Positions 38,279 to 47,118 of a stretch of 64,000 nucleotides of DNA are shown piece after piece. Position 1 is the first letter of the stretch. Every line of letters starts with the position of its first letter. The stretch is from positions 35,977 through 99,976 of the forward strand of contig JANPEF010000091.1 of assembly GCA_031431875.1 (NCBI GenBank). The letters are read 5' to 3'. Origin of the DNA: Candidatus Eiseniibacteriota bacterium. GTDB taxonomy: Bacteria > Eisenbacteria > RBG-16-71-46 > DASYSL01. The notes beneath the pieces were generated by a model. It did no database searches and was not told where the DNA came from. It saw only the letters and a program-made list of their open reading frames with translations. Both the position numbers and the translations under genes were made by a program.

Positions 38279-39570
38279 GCACCCGCCCGCAGCGCCGTCG
38301 CCGGATCAATCGCGCCCGCCCGGCGCACCGGCATCCATGCGCCGAGCAGGCACACCGCAGCGGCCAGCGCGAGCGCGGCGGGAACAAGCGGCGGCTGGAG
38401 GGCGATCGCCGTGCCGAACGCGCCCTGGCCGATGAGCCGCGCCAGCAGCGCGCCGAGGCCCACGCCGAGTACACCGCCGGCGAGCGCGACGACGAGCGCC
38501 TCGGCGAGAAACAGGCGCGCCACGCCGCTCTTGCTGGCGCCGAGCGCCCGCAACAGCGCAATCTCGCCGCCCCGATCGACCACCGAGGCAATCATCGTGC
38601 TGGTGACGCCAAGCACCGCCGCGGCGAGAGCCGCGGCGGCAAGCAGTGCAAACAGTAGATTGAGGCGACCGACGACGCGATCCTCGCCGCGCACGAGCCC
38701 GGCGATCGGGTGGGCGGTGACGCCGGGCATCGCGCCCTCGATCTCGCGGCCGACGGTGAGCGCGTACGGACGGCAGCTCCAGCGCTCGTAGGCGGCCAGG
38801 TCCTTCGCCGGGTCGGGCATGGGCGGCGCATCGCCGGGCACGACCAGCGCCGAGACGAGCGCCTTGGCCACCTGCCCCTGCGTGCCGGTGGCGCGCTGCA
38901 ATGCGGCGAGCGGCAGGTAGAGATGGTCGTCCTCGAAACCGCCGGCATCGAGAACTCCGACGACCGCGACGCGCAGCGGAGCGGCCGTCGCGCCTTCAAG
39001 CGCGAGCGCGTGCGTCGCGCCGACCGGCCCCAGCCGCGCCGCAAGCCGTCGGCCGACGAGCGCGGGTACCGGGCCCGCGGTACCGGCGACTTCGTCGCCG
39101 GGATATGCGCCCTCGACCGACCACCACGGCGCGATCGTCGTCATCCCGGCATGCAGCGTGTCCCCGGCGGCGTTCACCAGCGAGCGCGCGAACCACGTGC
39201 CGACCACCGCGACGCGCAGGTCGCCGACGGTGCCGACCGCGTAGCCCTGCGGTGCGACGCCGAGGATGTTGTTGCGCCAGCGGAAGCTGCCCAGCGCCGT
39301 GAGCGACGATTCGGGAAACGTGCCGGCGTTCGTGCCGACGAGTGCCGAGAGGTCCTGTCCGGCAACCTCGAGCGGCAGGTCGGCTCCGCGCGGGGCGAGC
39401 ACCAGGTTCGCGCCGTAGGCGCGGACGGTGCGGCCCAGCCGGTCGCCGAGCGACAGCGAGATGGCGGCCAGTGCGACCGTCATCCCCACGCCGAGCGCGA
39501 CCGCCGCGACGGCCAGCGCAAAGCGCCAGGGGCGACGCACCAGCGAGCGGGTCAGCGTGCGCGAGAACAT
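38275..39570 (-). CDS. FtsX/MacB-type ABC permease (Fet-like)
   Basis: RAYGANLVL; FRWRNNI; YERWSCRPY; DRGGEIALLRALGA. Confidence 0.88.
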   Translation of the reverse strand: MFSRTLTRSLVRRPWRFALAVAAVALGVGMTVALAAISLSLGDRLGRTVRAYGANLVLAPRGADLPLEVAGQDLSALVGTNAGTFPESSLTALGSFRWRNNILGVAPQGYAVGTVGDLRVAVVGTWFARSLVNAAGDTLHAGMTTIAPWWSVEGAYPGDEVAGTAGPVPALVGRRLAARLGPVGATHALALEGATAAPLRVAVVGVLDAGGFEDDHLYLPLAALQRATGTQGQVAKALVSALVVPGDAPPMPDPAKDLAAYERWSCRPYALTVGREIEGAMPGVTAHPIAGLVRGEDRVVGRLNLLFALLAAAALAAAVLGVTSTMIASVVDRGGEIALLRALGASKSGVARLFLAEALVVALAGGVLGVGLGALLARLIGQGAFGTAIALQPPLVPAALALAAAVCLLGAWMPVRRAGAIDPATALRAGA

Positions 39571-39580
39571 GGCGCGCCGC

Positions 39581-40867
39581 TCAGCGCGTTCCCTTGGCGG
39601 TCACGCGCTGGGCGTAGATCGAGGCGACATCGACCAGCAGGCGATCGCCGTCGACCTTCGAGACGACCGGGATCGGATTGCAACCGCCGGTCTGGCCAAG
39701 GGTGGGCAGGTTGATCGGGGCCGCGCAGTTGCGGCAGGTGACCGCGCCGGCCGCCTCGTAGTAGCCCTGATCGCCGCAGATCTCGCAGGCGTCCATGCAC
39801 GCCTGCATCGAGCCGTCGGGCTTCTGGATGGTGAAGAAGCGCAGCGCGGCGCCGGCCTCCCCGGGATCGGCGACGGCGAAGAAGTGCATGCGCCCGTCGG
39901 ACACCTCGGCCAGCGGCAATGCGATCGACCCGTCGACGGGTGTGACCACGGCTGCCGGGGCCATTGCCGGCGGCCCCGGCGCGGCGAGGATACTCCCCGC
40001 GAGCAGCGCGACGACCGCACCGCCCGAGACCAACGCACCGATGCGGATGCGCCGCGCGCGCTGTGCGTCGGCGAGGAGCAGGCGCCGCGCGGCGGGATCG
40101 GCCGGATCGTCGGATGCGGGCATCGCGGCGGCGGCGGGCTTGCGGCCGCCGGAGGTGCCGACGAACAGCAGCGCCAGCACGATCGCGGCAAGGAAGATGA
40201 GCGTGTCGTGGCGCACGATCGGGCCGACGATCGCCATCATCGTGCGGGTCGACGGGATCCAGCCGGCCTCGGACAGCTCGTGCAGGCCGCCGACGATCAT
40301 CTGAAAGACGAGCACGTAGAGCACGAGCGTGGTGACCCGGAAGAACTTGCCGAGGTCGATGCGGAGCGACCCGCGCAGCAGGTAGAACGCGAAGACGACC
40401 GACAGCAACAGCCCCAGGCCGGCGCCGATGAGGCGCGACACGCCGTCGGTGTCGATCGCGATCGCGCTGAGGAACAGGAGCGTCTCCACGCCTTCGCGCA
40501 GGATCATCAGGCCGCAGAAGAGGAGCACGCCGAAGCCCGCACCGGTGGGGCGCGTCGCGGCGATCTCGACCTTCGACTCGATCTCCCTCTTGAGGCCCTT
40601 CGCCGCGCGGTTCATCCACACGACGAGCGTGAGCACGCCGACCGCGCCAAGGAGAAGGAGCACGCCCTCGAACGCCTCGGCATTCCACTGGAACTGGTTG
40701 AGCGCGAACGCTCCGGCAACGGAGCCCAGGAGGGCGAGCCCGAGGCCGCCCCAGACCCACGGGGCGAGTGCACCGCGCCCGGACTTCTGCAGGTAGGCGA
40801 GGACGATGGCGAGGACGAGCGACGCCTCCACGCCTTCGCGCAGGACGATGACCAGGGCTTCGAGCAT
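39581..40867 (-). CDS. FTR1-type iron permease fused to DUF2318 (Cys-rich membrane Fe-S domain)
   Basis: Two REGxE motifs (LREGVEA, LREGVET); C-terminal ACMDACEIC..GYY..CRNC..GGCNPIP. Confidence 0.9.
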   Translation of the reverse strand: MLEALVIVLREGVEASLVLAIVLAYLQKSGRGALAPWVWGGLGLALLGSVAGAFALNQFQWNAEAFEGVLLLLGAVGVLTLVVWMNRAAKGLKREIESKVEIAATRPTGAGFGVLLFCGLMILREGVETLLFLSAIAIDTDGVSRLIGAGLGLLLSVVFAFYLLRGSLRIDLGKFFRVTTLVLYVLVFQMIVGGLHELSEAGWIPSTRTMMAIVGPIVRHDTLIFLAAIVLALLFVGTSGGRKPAAAAMPASDDPADPAARRLLLADAQRARRIRIGALVSGGAVVALLAGSILAAPGPPAMAPAAVVTPVDGSIALPLAEVSDGRMHFFAVADPGEAGAALRFFTIQKPDGSMQACMDACEICGDQGYYEAAGAVTCRNCAAPINLPTLGQTGGCNPIPVVSKVDGDRLLVDVASIYAQRVTAKGTR

Positions 40868-40961
40868 GGCTGGGAACCTCTGCGGAGCACTCCGGCGGCG
40901 CGCCCGACCGGCCGGACGGCCGGAGTCGGCGCTGCGGAGCGTACGATCCGAGCCTACCCGA

Positions 40962-40980
40962 ATTGAGACTGATTCTCAAT
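40962..40980. promoter_or_regulatory. Fur-box-like operator upstream of the iron uptake operon
   Basis: AT-rich 19-bp ATTGAGACTGATTCTCAAT inverted repeat, about 95 nt upstream of the FTR1 start. Confidence 0.75.
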
Positions 40981-41035
40981 ACGGCCCCAGCCCCGTCTTT
41001 GCTATCTTCCGGCCGACCCTTTTCCGGAGGAACGC

Positions 41036-41410
41036 ATGCTCGGACTGTTGATTCGCTGGCTCCTCGGCGGCCTCGCCCTGTTCCTGACCACGAAGGTCGT
41101 CCCCGGGCTGCACGTCTCGGACATCCAGTCCGTGCTGATCGCCGTGTTCGTGCTGGGACTCCTCAACGCGCTGATTCGCCCGCTCGTGAACCTGTTCACC
41201 GGCTGCATCCAGGTTCTCACGCTCGGCCTGCTCACCCTGGTCATCAACGCCGCGTTCTTCTACTGGGCGGGCGACCTGGTGCAGGGCTTCGAGGTGAGCG
41301 GCTTCTGGCCGGCGTTCTGGGGATCGATCGTGATGTCCGTGATCTCGTTCGGGCTCAACATGTTCGTGCGCACGAAGGACGAGAAGCAGAAGGAGAAGGA
41401 TCGGGCTTGA
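41036..41410 (+). CDS. YvlD-like 4-TM membrane protein (phage holin superfamily IV)
   Basis: GLLNALIRP..LTLGLLTLVINA..GFEVSGFWPAFWGSIV. Confidence 0.88.
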   Translation: MLGLLIRWLLGGLALFLTTKVVPGLHVSDIQSVLIAVFVLGLLNALIRPLVNLFTGCIQVLTLGLLTLVINAAFFYWAGDLVQGFEVSGFWPAFWGSIVMSVISFGLNMFVRTKDEKQKEKDRA

Positions 41411-42390
41411 GCGACGGCGACACGCTCCGCGTCCTCACCTGGAACATTCTCTACGAAACGTCGCCCATGAGCGGGGGAAGCGGCGAGGCCCGCTGGCCCC
41501 TCGACGTGCGCGGCCTGCGGGACGCGAAAGCCGATCTCGTGGCCCTGCAGGAAGTGCTGCCCGGCCGGCTGGCGGCGATCTCCCGCGACCTTCCCGGATA
41601 CGCGATGACGGTGAGCGAGCCCGGCGGCGTCGATCGCCCGATCGCGCCGCTGCTGACCGTCGCGGCGCTGGCCGCGCTCGCGGTCCTGGTGCGGCGCGCG
41701 CGGCGGCGCGACCACGATCCCGCCGCGCGATACGCGGCGTTCCGGCGCTGGCGCGGGCGCGCCGTCGGCGCGGCGCTCTGGGCGATCGCGCTCGGCCTGC
41801 CCGCAGCGCTCGCGTCGGGCTCGTGGCACGTCGGCGGCTACGGCCGGGTGAACGAACGGCTCGTCCTCCTCCACCGCCCCGAGGCTCTGCGCCTCGTCGA
41901 CACCCGAACGCTGTGGTTCTCCCCCACGCCCGATCGGCCCGGCAGCCGCGATCCGCTCGCGTTCGAGCCTCGCATCGCGCAGCTCGGCGTGTATGCGCGC
42001 CTTGCGCAGGGCGATACCATCGCCGTCCTCAACGTCCACGCGGGACATGCGGCGTCGACGCACGCGCGCGACGCCGCGCTCCTCCTGCGCGTGCTCGAAG
42101 GGCCGGGGCGCGCCCGAGTGCAGGTCATGCTCGGGGACTTCAACGCTTCGGCCGAGACGCGGCGCCTGGCCGACCTGCGCGCGGCGGGGTTCCGCGACGC
42201 GTGGATGGAAGCGCCGGCGCGCGCGGGCGCGCCCGGCACGTTTCACGGTTGGCGCGCGCCGGGCGCGCGGATCGATCACGTGCTCGTGCGTGGGCCAATC
42301 CGCGTGCTCCGCGCCGAGACGCGCGGCGTCGCGCAGGGCGAGCTCGCCGCGTCCGATCACGACGCGGTAATCGTCGACCTCGCTCCCTAG
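41407..42390 (+). CDS. Endonuclease/exonuclease/phosphatase (EEP) family protein with internal hydrophobic insert
   Basis: LRVLTWNI, DLVALQEV, GDFN, RIDHV, SDHDAV motifs. Confidence 0.85.
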   Translation: MSDGDTLRVLTWNILYETSPMSGGSGEARWPLDVRGLRDAKADLVALQEVLPGRLAAISRDLPGYAMTVSEPGGVDRPIAPLLTVAALAALAVLVRRARRRDHDPAARYAAFRRWRGRAVGAALWAIALGLPAALASGSWHVGGYGRVNERLVLLHRPEALRLVDTRTLWFSPTPDRPGSRDPLAFEPRIAQLGVYARLAQGDTIAVLNVHAGHAASTHARDAALLLRVLEGPGRARVQVMLGDFNASAETRRLADLRAAGFRDAWMEAPARAGAPGTFHGWRAPGARIDHVLVRGPIRVLRAETRGVAQGELAASDHDAVIVDLAP

Positions 42391-42405
42391 CGCATGACGC
42401 GAAGC

Positions 42406-43500
42406 TCAGCGCAAGCGGCGGCGACGATTGCGCACGAAGTCCTTGAGCACGTAGCTGCCTAGGTTCTCGAGGTCGGCGAAGAACGCGCGACCGTGGTTGA
42501 GCTGCGTGAAGCGCTCGACGAACGCCGTCAGGTCGCGGTCGTCGGTGACCATGAACGTCGTGATCTCGATGCCCTTGCGCCGGCAGGCCGCCGCCTCGTC
42601 GAGCGTGCGATTGACGATCTTGGGATCGAGTCCGAACGGGTTCTTGTACAGGCGACCACCTTCGAAGATGCACGAGGGCTTGCCGTCGGTGATCATCACC
42701 ACCTGCTTGTTCGCCGTCTTGCGCCGCGCCAGGATGCGCTGCGCGAGCTGCAGCCCCGCCTTCGTGTTGGTGTGGTACGGGCCCACGCCGACGTACGGCA
42801 GTTTGGCCAGCGGCACCTCGCGCGCGTCGTCGCCGAACAGCACGACGTAGAGCTCGTCCTTGGGGTAGCGCGTGGTGATGAGCTCGGTGAGCGCCAGCGC
42901 GACGCGCTTGGCCGGGGTGATGCGATCCTCGCCGTACAGGATCATCGAGTGCGACACGTCGAGCAGCAGCACCGTCGCACATGACGTGAGATGCTCGGTC
43001 TCGTAGACCTCGAAGTCCTCCTGCCCCACGTCGATGTCGTCGAGGCCGTTGCGCCGGATCGCATTGCCGATCGTGCCGATCGGGTCGAGGTCCGCGGTCG
43101 AGTCGCCGAACTCCCAGGCCCGCGTCTCGGGCAGGCGATCGACGCCCGCGCCCGACTTCGGCACGCGGTGGTCGCCGGCGGCGGACCTGGCCATCTTGCC
43201 GAAGATCTCCTGCAGCGAGTCGCGGCGGATGGCGCGCTCGCCGCGGCCGGTGAGCACGTGCTTGCCGGGCTCGACCTCGCGCACGGCGTCGTTCTGCTTC
43301 AGCCACTCCTTGAACTTCTCGAGATCGAAGTCCTTGCCGAAGAACCCGTAACGCTCGCCGATCTGCTCGAGTGCGTCGAATGCGTCGTCGACGTCGCCGT
43401 TGGTCTGCAGCAGGAGCTGGTGATACAGGTTGAGCAACCCCTTGAGGAACTCGGGATCGCCCCACGCCCCACCGGTCCATGCGCCGTAGCGGAATTTCAC
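42406..43500 (-). CDS. VWA domain protein
   Basis: MIDAS motif [24 protein letters not shown]. Confidence 0.9.
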   Translation of the reverse strand: MKFRYGAWTGGAWGDPEFLKGLLNLYHQLLLQTNGDVDDAFDALEQIGERYGFFGKDFDLEKFKEWLKQNDAVREVEPGKHVLTGRGERAIRRDSLQEIFGKMARSAAGDHRVPKSGAGVDRLPETRAWEFGDSTADLDPIGTIGNAIRRNGLDDIDVGQEDFEVYETEHLTSCATVLLLDVSHSMILYGEDRITPAKRVALALTELITTRYPKDELYVVLFGDDAREVPLAKLPYVGVGPYHTNTKAGLQLAQRILARRKTANKQVVMITDGKPSCIFEGGRLYKNPFGLDPKIVNRTLDEAAACRRKGIEITTFMVTDDRDLTAFVERFTQLNHGRAFFADLENLGSYVLKDFVRNRRRRLR

Positions 43501-43519
43501 GATCGCGCCTCGCGCCGGC

Positions 43520-45022
43520 TCAGGCGTCGTCCCCGGACTGGAAGCCCGAGAACATCGACTTGAGCATGTCGCCGTAAGCCGTGCCGCCGCCGTCGACGCG
43601 GTTGCGGGAGAGGATCGAGTTCTGGTGCAGGCCCTCGAGCACGAACTCCATGGCCGGGCCGACCTCCTCCATGCGCTCGACCTCGAGGTGCTTGGTCGCC
43701 AGGTCCTCGAGCCCGCTGATCGCGACCAGCTCGTCGTAGAACTCCTGCGCCGTCGACTCGTCCGAGATCTCGACGCCCTTGCCGCCGGCGAACCACTCGA
43801 CGATCGGCGCGTAGACCTGCGCCGCCGCCGGGTCCTTGCCGCGCCCGCGCGTCTTGAACGCATCGGGGAAGTCGCGGGCGAACAGCGTCTTCACGGCGCG
43901 CCCGACCAGGTGCCGCGCCACGTTGGTCGGGCCCTCCTGCTCGCCCTCGTAGACCAGCTCGACCTTGCCGGAGATCGCGGCGATGGCGCCGTGCAGGTCG
44001 GCCAGGCGCGGCCACACCTGCGTCTCGCCGGTGCGCAAGCCGCGCCGCTCGGCGTTGGAGACGACGTTCTCGAGCAGCGAGATGGTCATGCGCGCCGACA
44101 CGCCCGAGCTCTGGTCCACGTACTCGGACTTGCGCGCTTCGATCGCGACCTGTTCGACCAGCTCGCGCAGCGGGCGCGCGACGACGACCTCGATGCCCGA
44201 GTCGCGCACGGTCCACGACTCCTGCGCCGTGATCGCGATGCCGTCGTCCACGGTCAGCGGATAGTGCGTCATGATCTGCGAGGCGATGCGGTCGCGCAGC
44301 GGCGTGATGATGTTGCCGCGATTGGTGTAGTCCTCGGGATTGGCCGAGAAGACCAGCAGCATGTCGAGCGGAATGCGCATCGGGAAGCCGCGCACCTGCA
44401 CGTCCTTCTCCTCGAGGATGTTGAGCAAGCCGACCTGGATGCGCGGCTGCAGGTCGGGCAGCTCGTTGATGGCGAAGATGCCGCGGTTGGTGCGCGGCAC
44501 GAGGCCGTAGTGAATGACCTCCTCGTCGGAGAACGAGAGCTTGCGCGTGGCGGCCTTGATCGGGTCGATGTCGCCGATCAGGTCGGCAATGGACACGTCG
44601 GGCGTGGCCAGCTTCTCCTTGTACCGATCGTCGCGATGGACCCAGGCGATCGGCGCAGCGTCGCCCAGGTCGTCGGCGATGCGGCGGCCGAACGCGCTGG
44701 TCGGGTGTGACGGATCGTCGTGGATCTCGCTGCCCTCGATCTCGGGGATCCACTCGTCGAGATACATCTTCAACTGACGAAGAATGCGCGTCTTGGCCTG
44801 GCCGCGCAGGCCGAGCAGGATGAAGTCGTGCTTCGACAGGAGCGCGTTCTCGAGCTGCGGGATCACGGTCTTGTCGTAGCCGACGATGCCGGGAAACAGC
44901 GGCTGGCCACTGCGAATGCGCGCGATCAGGTTGGCGCGCATCTCGGCCTTGACCGAACGCGGCTGCCAGCCCGAGGCGCGGAGTTCACCCAGGGTGCGAG
45001 GACGATCGTGGTGTAGGGTCAT
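43520..45022 (-). CDS. Mg-chelatase/MoxR-like AAA+ ATPase
   Basis: LGLRGQAKTR, INELPDL, ANPEDYTNRG. Confidence 0.9.
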   Translation of the reverse strand: MTLHHDRPRTLGELRASGWQPRSVKAEMRANLIARIRSGQPLFPGIVGYDKTVIPQLENALLSKHDFILLGLRGQAKTRILRQLKMYLDEWIPEIEGSEIHDDPSHPTSAFGRRIADDLGDAAPIAWVHRDDRYKEKLATPDVSIADLIGDIDPIKAATRKLSFSDEEVIHYGLVPRTNRGIFAINELPDLQPRIQVGLLNILEEKDVQVRGFPMRIPLDMLLVFSANPEDYTNRGNIITPLRDRIASQIMTHYPLTVDDGIAITAQESWTVRDSGIEVVVARPLRELVEQVAIEARKSEYVDQSSGVSARMTISLLENVVSNAERRGLRTGETQVWPRLADLHGAIAAISGKVELVYEGEQEGPTNVARHLVGRAVKTLFARDFPDAFKTRGRGKDPAAAQVYAPIVEWFAGGKGVEISDESTAQEFYDELVAISGLEDLATKHLEVERMEEVGPAMEFVLEGLHQNSILSRNRVDGGGTAYGDMLKSMFSGFQSGDDA

Positions 45023-45064
45023 GTTGTCAGTATACCAGCCGCACCACGACCAGAGAGACCCGCC

Positions 45065-46075
45065 ATGACCGCGTCCCGCCCTCGCATCGCCCTGCTCGCC
45101 GCCGCCGTGACCGTGGCCTTCCTCGCGTCCGTGAGCGCGTTCGCCCAGACACCGGCTCCGTCCGTCCCCGCCACCCCGGCCGCGCCTGCGGTCGCCCCGC
45201 CCGCACCGACCCCGCCCGGGGCCCGGCTGGTCACCAGCGTGCGCAACAAGCTCTCGGCCGGCGACCTGCGCAGCGCCGAGTCCCTGGCCGAGGCGTGGCG
45301 CGAGACGCAGGGCGACGACGGCAGCTACCTGCTGGCGCTGTCGTGGGTGGCGCGCGGCGCTGTCCTGCTGCACGAGTTCGACCGCGCCGAGACCTGGGCG
45401 ACCGAGGTGCGCACGCGCTGCGAGGCGCGGATGGCGCGCGGCGTGCGCCCCGACGCCGACGACAGTCTCGAGATCGCGTTGGGTGCGGCGATCGAGGTCG
45501 AGGCGCAGGTCCGCGCGAAGACCAAGGGCAAGGCCGACGCGATGCGCTTCCTGCGCGGCGAGCTGGCGCGCTACGACGCGCCGGTGTCCCTGCGCTCGCG
45601 CATCGGCAAGCGCATGAACCTGACCGACCTGGTGGGCCGGCCCGCCCCCGAGATGGTGATCGAGGACCACGCGGGCGCAACGGCGCCGATGACGCTCGCG
45701 TCGTTGCGCGGCAAGCCGGTCCTCGTCTACGTGTGGGACAAGGGATGCGGCGACTGCCGCGCGCAGGCGGCGACGCTGTCGCGCGTCGCAGCGAAGCACG
45801 CCGCGAGCGGCCTCGTCGTCTATCCGCTCACCCGCTACTACGTGAAGACCGACCTGCCACGCGAGAAGGCCCGCCTCGACAGCACGTGGGCCGCCGACTA
45901 CGCGAAGATCGGCCCGACTCCACTGGCCATCAGTACCGCGTCGATGGAGCGCTACGGCGGCTCGAGCACGCCGACGTTCGTTTTCGTGGACCGGAAGGGA
46001 ATCGTCCGCAGCTACCTGCCGTACCGCCTGACCGAGGCGGCGTTCGACGCCGAGCTCGCGAAGATCCTGCGCTAA
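45065..46075 (+). CDS. Secreted TlpA-like redoxin (CxxC)
   Basis: Signal peptide; LRGKPVLVYVWDKGCGDC; STPTFVFVDRKGIVR. Confidence 0.85.
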   Translation: MTASRPRIALLAAAVTVAFLASVSAFAQTPAPSVPATPAAPAVAPPAPTPPGARLVTSVRNKLSAGDLRSAESLAEAWRETQGDDGSYLLALSWVARGAVLLHEFDRAETWATEVRTRCEARMARGVRPDADDSLEIALGAAIEVEAQVRAKTKGKADAMRFLRGELARYDAPVSLRSRIGKRMNLTDLVGRPAPEMVIEDHAGATAPMTLASLRGKPVLVYVWDKGCGDCRAQAATLSRVAAKHAASGLVVYPLTRYYVKTDLPREKARLDSTWAADYAKIGPTPLAISTASMERYGGSSTPTFVFVDRKGIVRSYLPYRLTEAAFDAELAKILR

Positions 46076-46668
46076 ATGCCTTCGCCTGATTCGGCAACGA
46101 TGTGGAACTGGCCCCAGGACAAGCGATTGCCTTTCCCTGGGTCAAACGGCATCGAGCCGTCGGCGGCAGGGCGTCCGGCCTCGTCTCCGGCGGCGCGTCC
46201 ATGCGGGTGCCGTGGAGCGGGGCCGGATCGGGAACGGCTATCGGGTACGGCCGAGTTGTAAAGCCCGGGATGGAGACCCATGCTTCTGGGTGAGCGTACG
46301 GTTCGTACGAACCGTACGCCCTCCGAATGGTCCACCTGTCCCCGCGGGCTTCACAACTCCCGCCCCCGCGGGCTCGACACCAGGCTCAAGCGAATCGTTC
46401 CCGACGCAGAGGTAGGCGAGCGCATCGTCATCGTGCGCTACGGCCGCGAGGTTCATGCCCTCGCTTGATTCGGCAACACCCGGAAGCCTGTGCCATGGCA
46501 TCGGGTGAGGCGATCCAGTGGCGTGAGCGTACGCCGCCAGAGAGTGAGCCGGGAACCTTGACGAAGGGCTCATGCGCCCCGGAGCCGATCTACAGGGATG
46601 CAATCGCCTGTCCCGCGACCGGTTCCGCGGCCGGTTCCGCGGCCGGTTGCCGAATCAGGCGAAGCTAT
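46076..46668. mobile_element. MITE-like non-autonomous element with ~23-bp inverted ends and an internal third copy
   Basis: CTTCGCCTGATTCGGCAAC (46080-98) has a perfect inverted copy at 46646-64 and a direct copy with 2 mismatches at 46455-77. No transposase. Confidence 0.55.
46370..46468 (+). pseudogene. Phd/YefM antitoxin-like fragment
   Basis: TRLKRIVPDAEVGERIVIVRYGREV resembles the Phd consensus LSxLLxxVExGExIVITRxGxPV; cut by the internal repeat. Confidence 0.5.
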
Positions 46669-47118
46669 TCAGGCTCCGGGCCGCACGCGCGACGGCGCTT
46701 GCCACAGCCGCACGGCGGCGGGGTCGCCGCCGATCGACTCGACCACGTTGCCCATGGGGCACGTGTTGCAGGTGACGACCAGCTCGCCCGACGGCAGGGA
46801 CCGCGCGCGATCCCCGGCGGCATCGACGTCGAGCGGCGCATCGCACGCGAGGCAGCACGCGGCAAGGCGGATTCCGTGCAGCGGGTTGTTCGGCTGGAAG
46901 CGCCCCTCGGCCGCAAGCCACGTCTCGATCACCATCAGCACGCGCAGCTCACCCTTGCGCAGCCGGCTGCCGTGCACCTCGCACAGGCCGAGGACGACGT
47001 CGCGCGACGCCGCGTTCGGCGACAGGTCGCGCAGGTGAACGCGCGGCGCGAGCACCGCCTCGAATCCGCAGAGGACGCAGTGGGTCGCGGTCGAGGGGGA
47101 CACCGGGACGCCCGCCAC
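46669..47118 (-). CDS. Hypothetical multi-CxxC (zinc-ribbon-like) protein
   Basis: CVLC, CEVH, CLAC, CNTC; directly follows the phosphatase gene. Confidence 0.6.
   Translation of the reverse strand: MAGVPVSPSTATHCVLCGFEAVLAPRVHLRDLSPNAASRDVVLGLCEVHGSRLRKGELRVLMVIETWLAAEGRFQPNNPLHGIRLAACCLACDAPLDVDAAGDRARSLPSGELVVTCNTCPMGNVVESIGGDPAAVRLWQAPSRVRPGA

Noticed and set aside
41036..41410. Holin-family gene as evidence of a prophage
   Set aside because: YvlD-like proteins are common chromosomal genes, and there are no phage genes nearby.
42406..45022. AAA+/VWA pair as a novel system
   Set aside because: A widespread conserved chaperone-like gene pair with nothing unusual here.
46076..46668. Three 23-bp repeats as a mini-CRISPR or attC sites
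   Set aside because: Spacing is irregular and long, one copy is inverted, there are no cas or integrase genes, and the ends do not fit RYYYAAC/GTTRRRY geometry.
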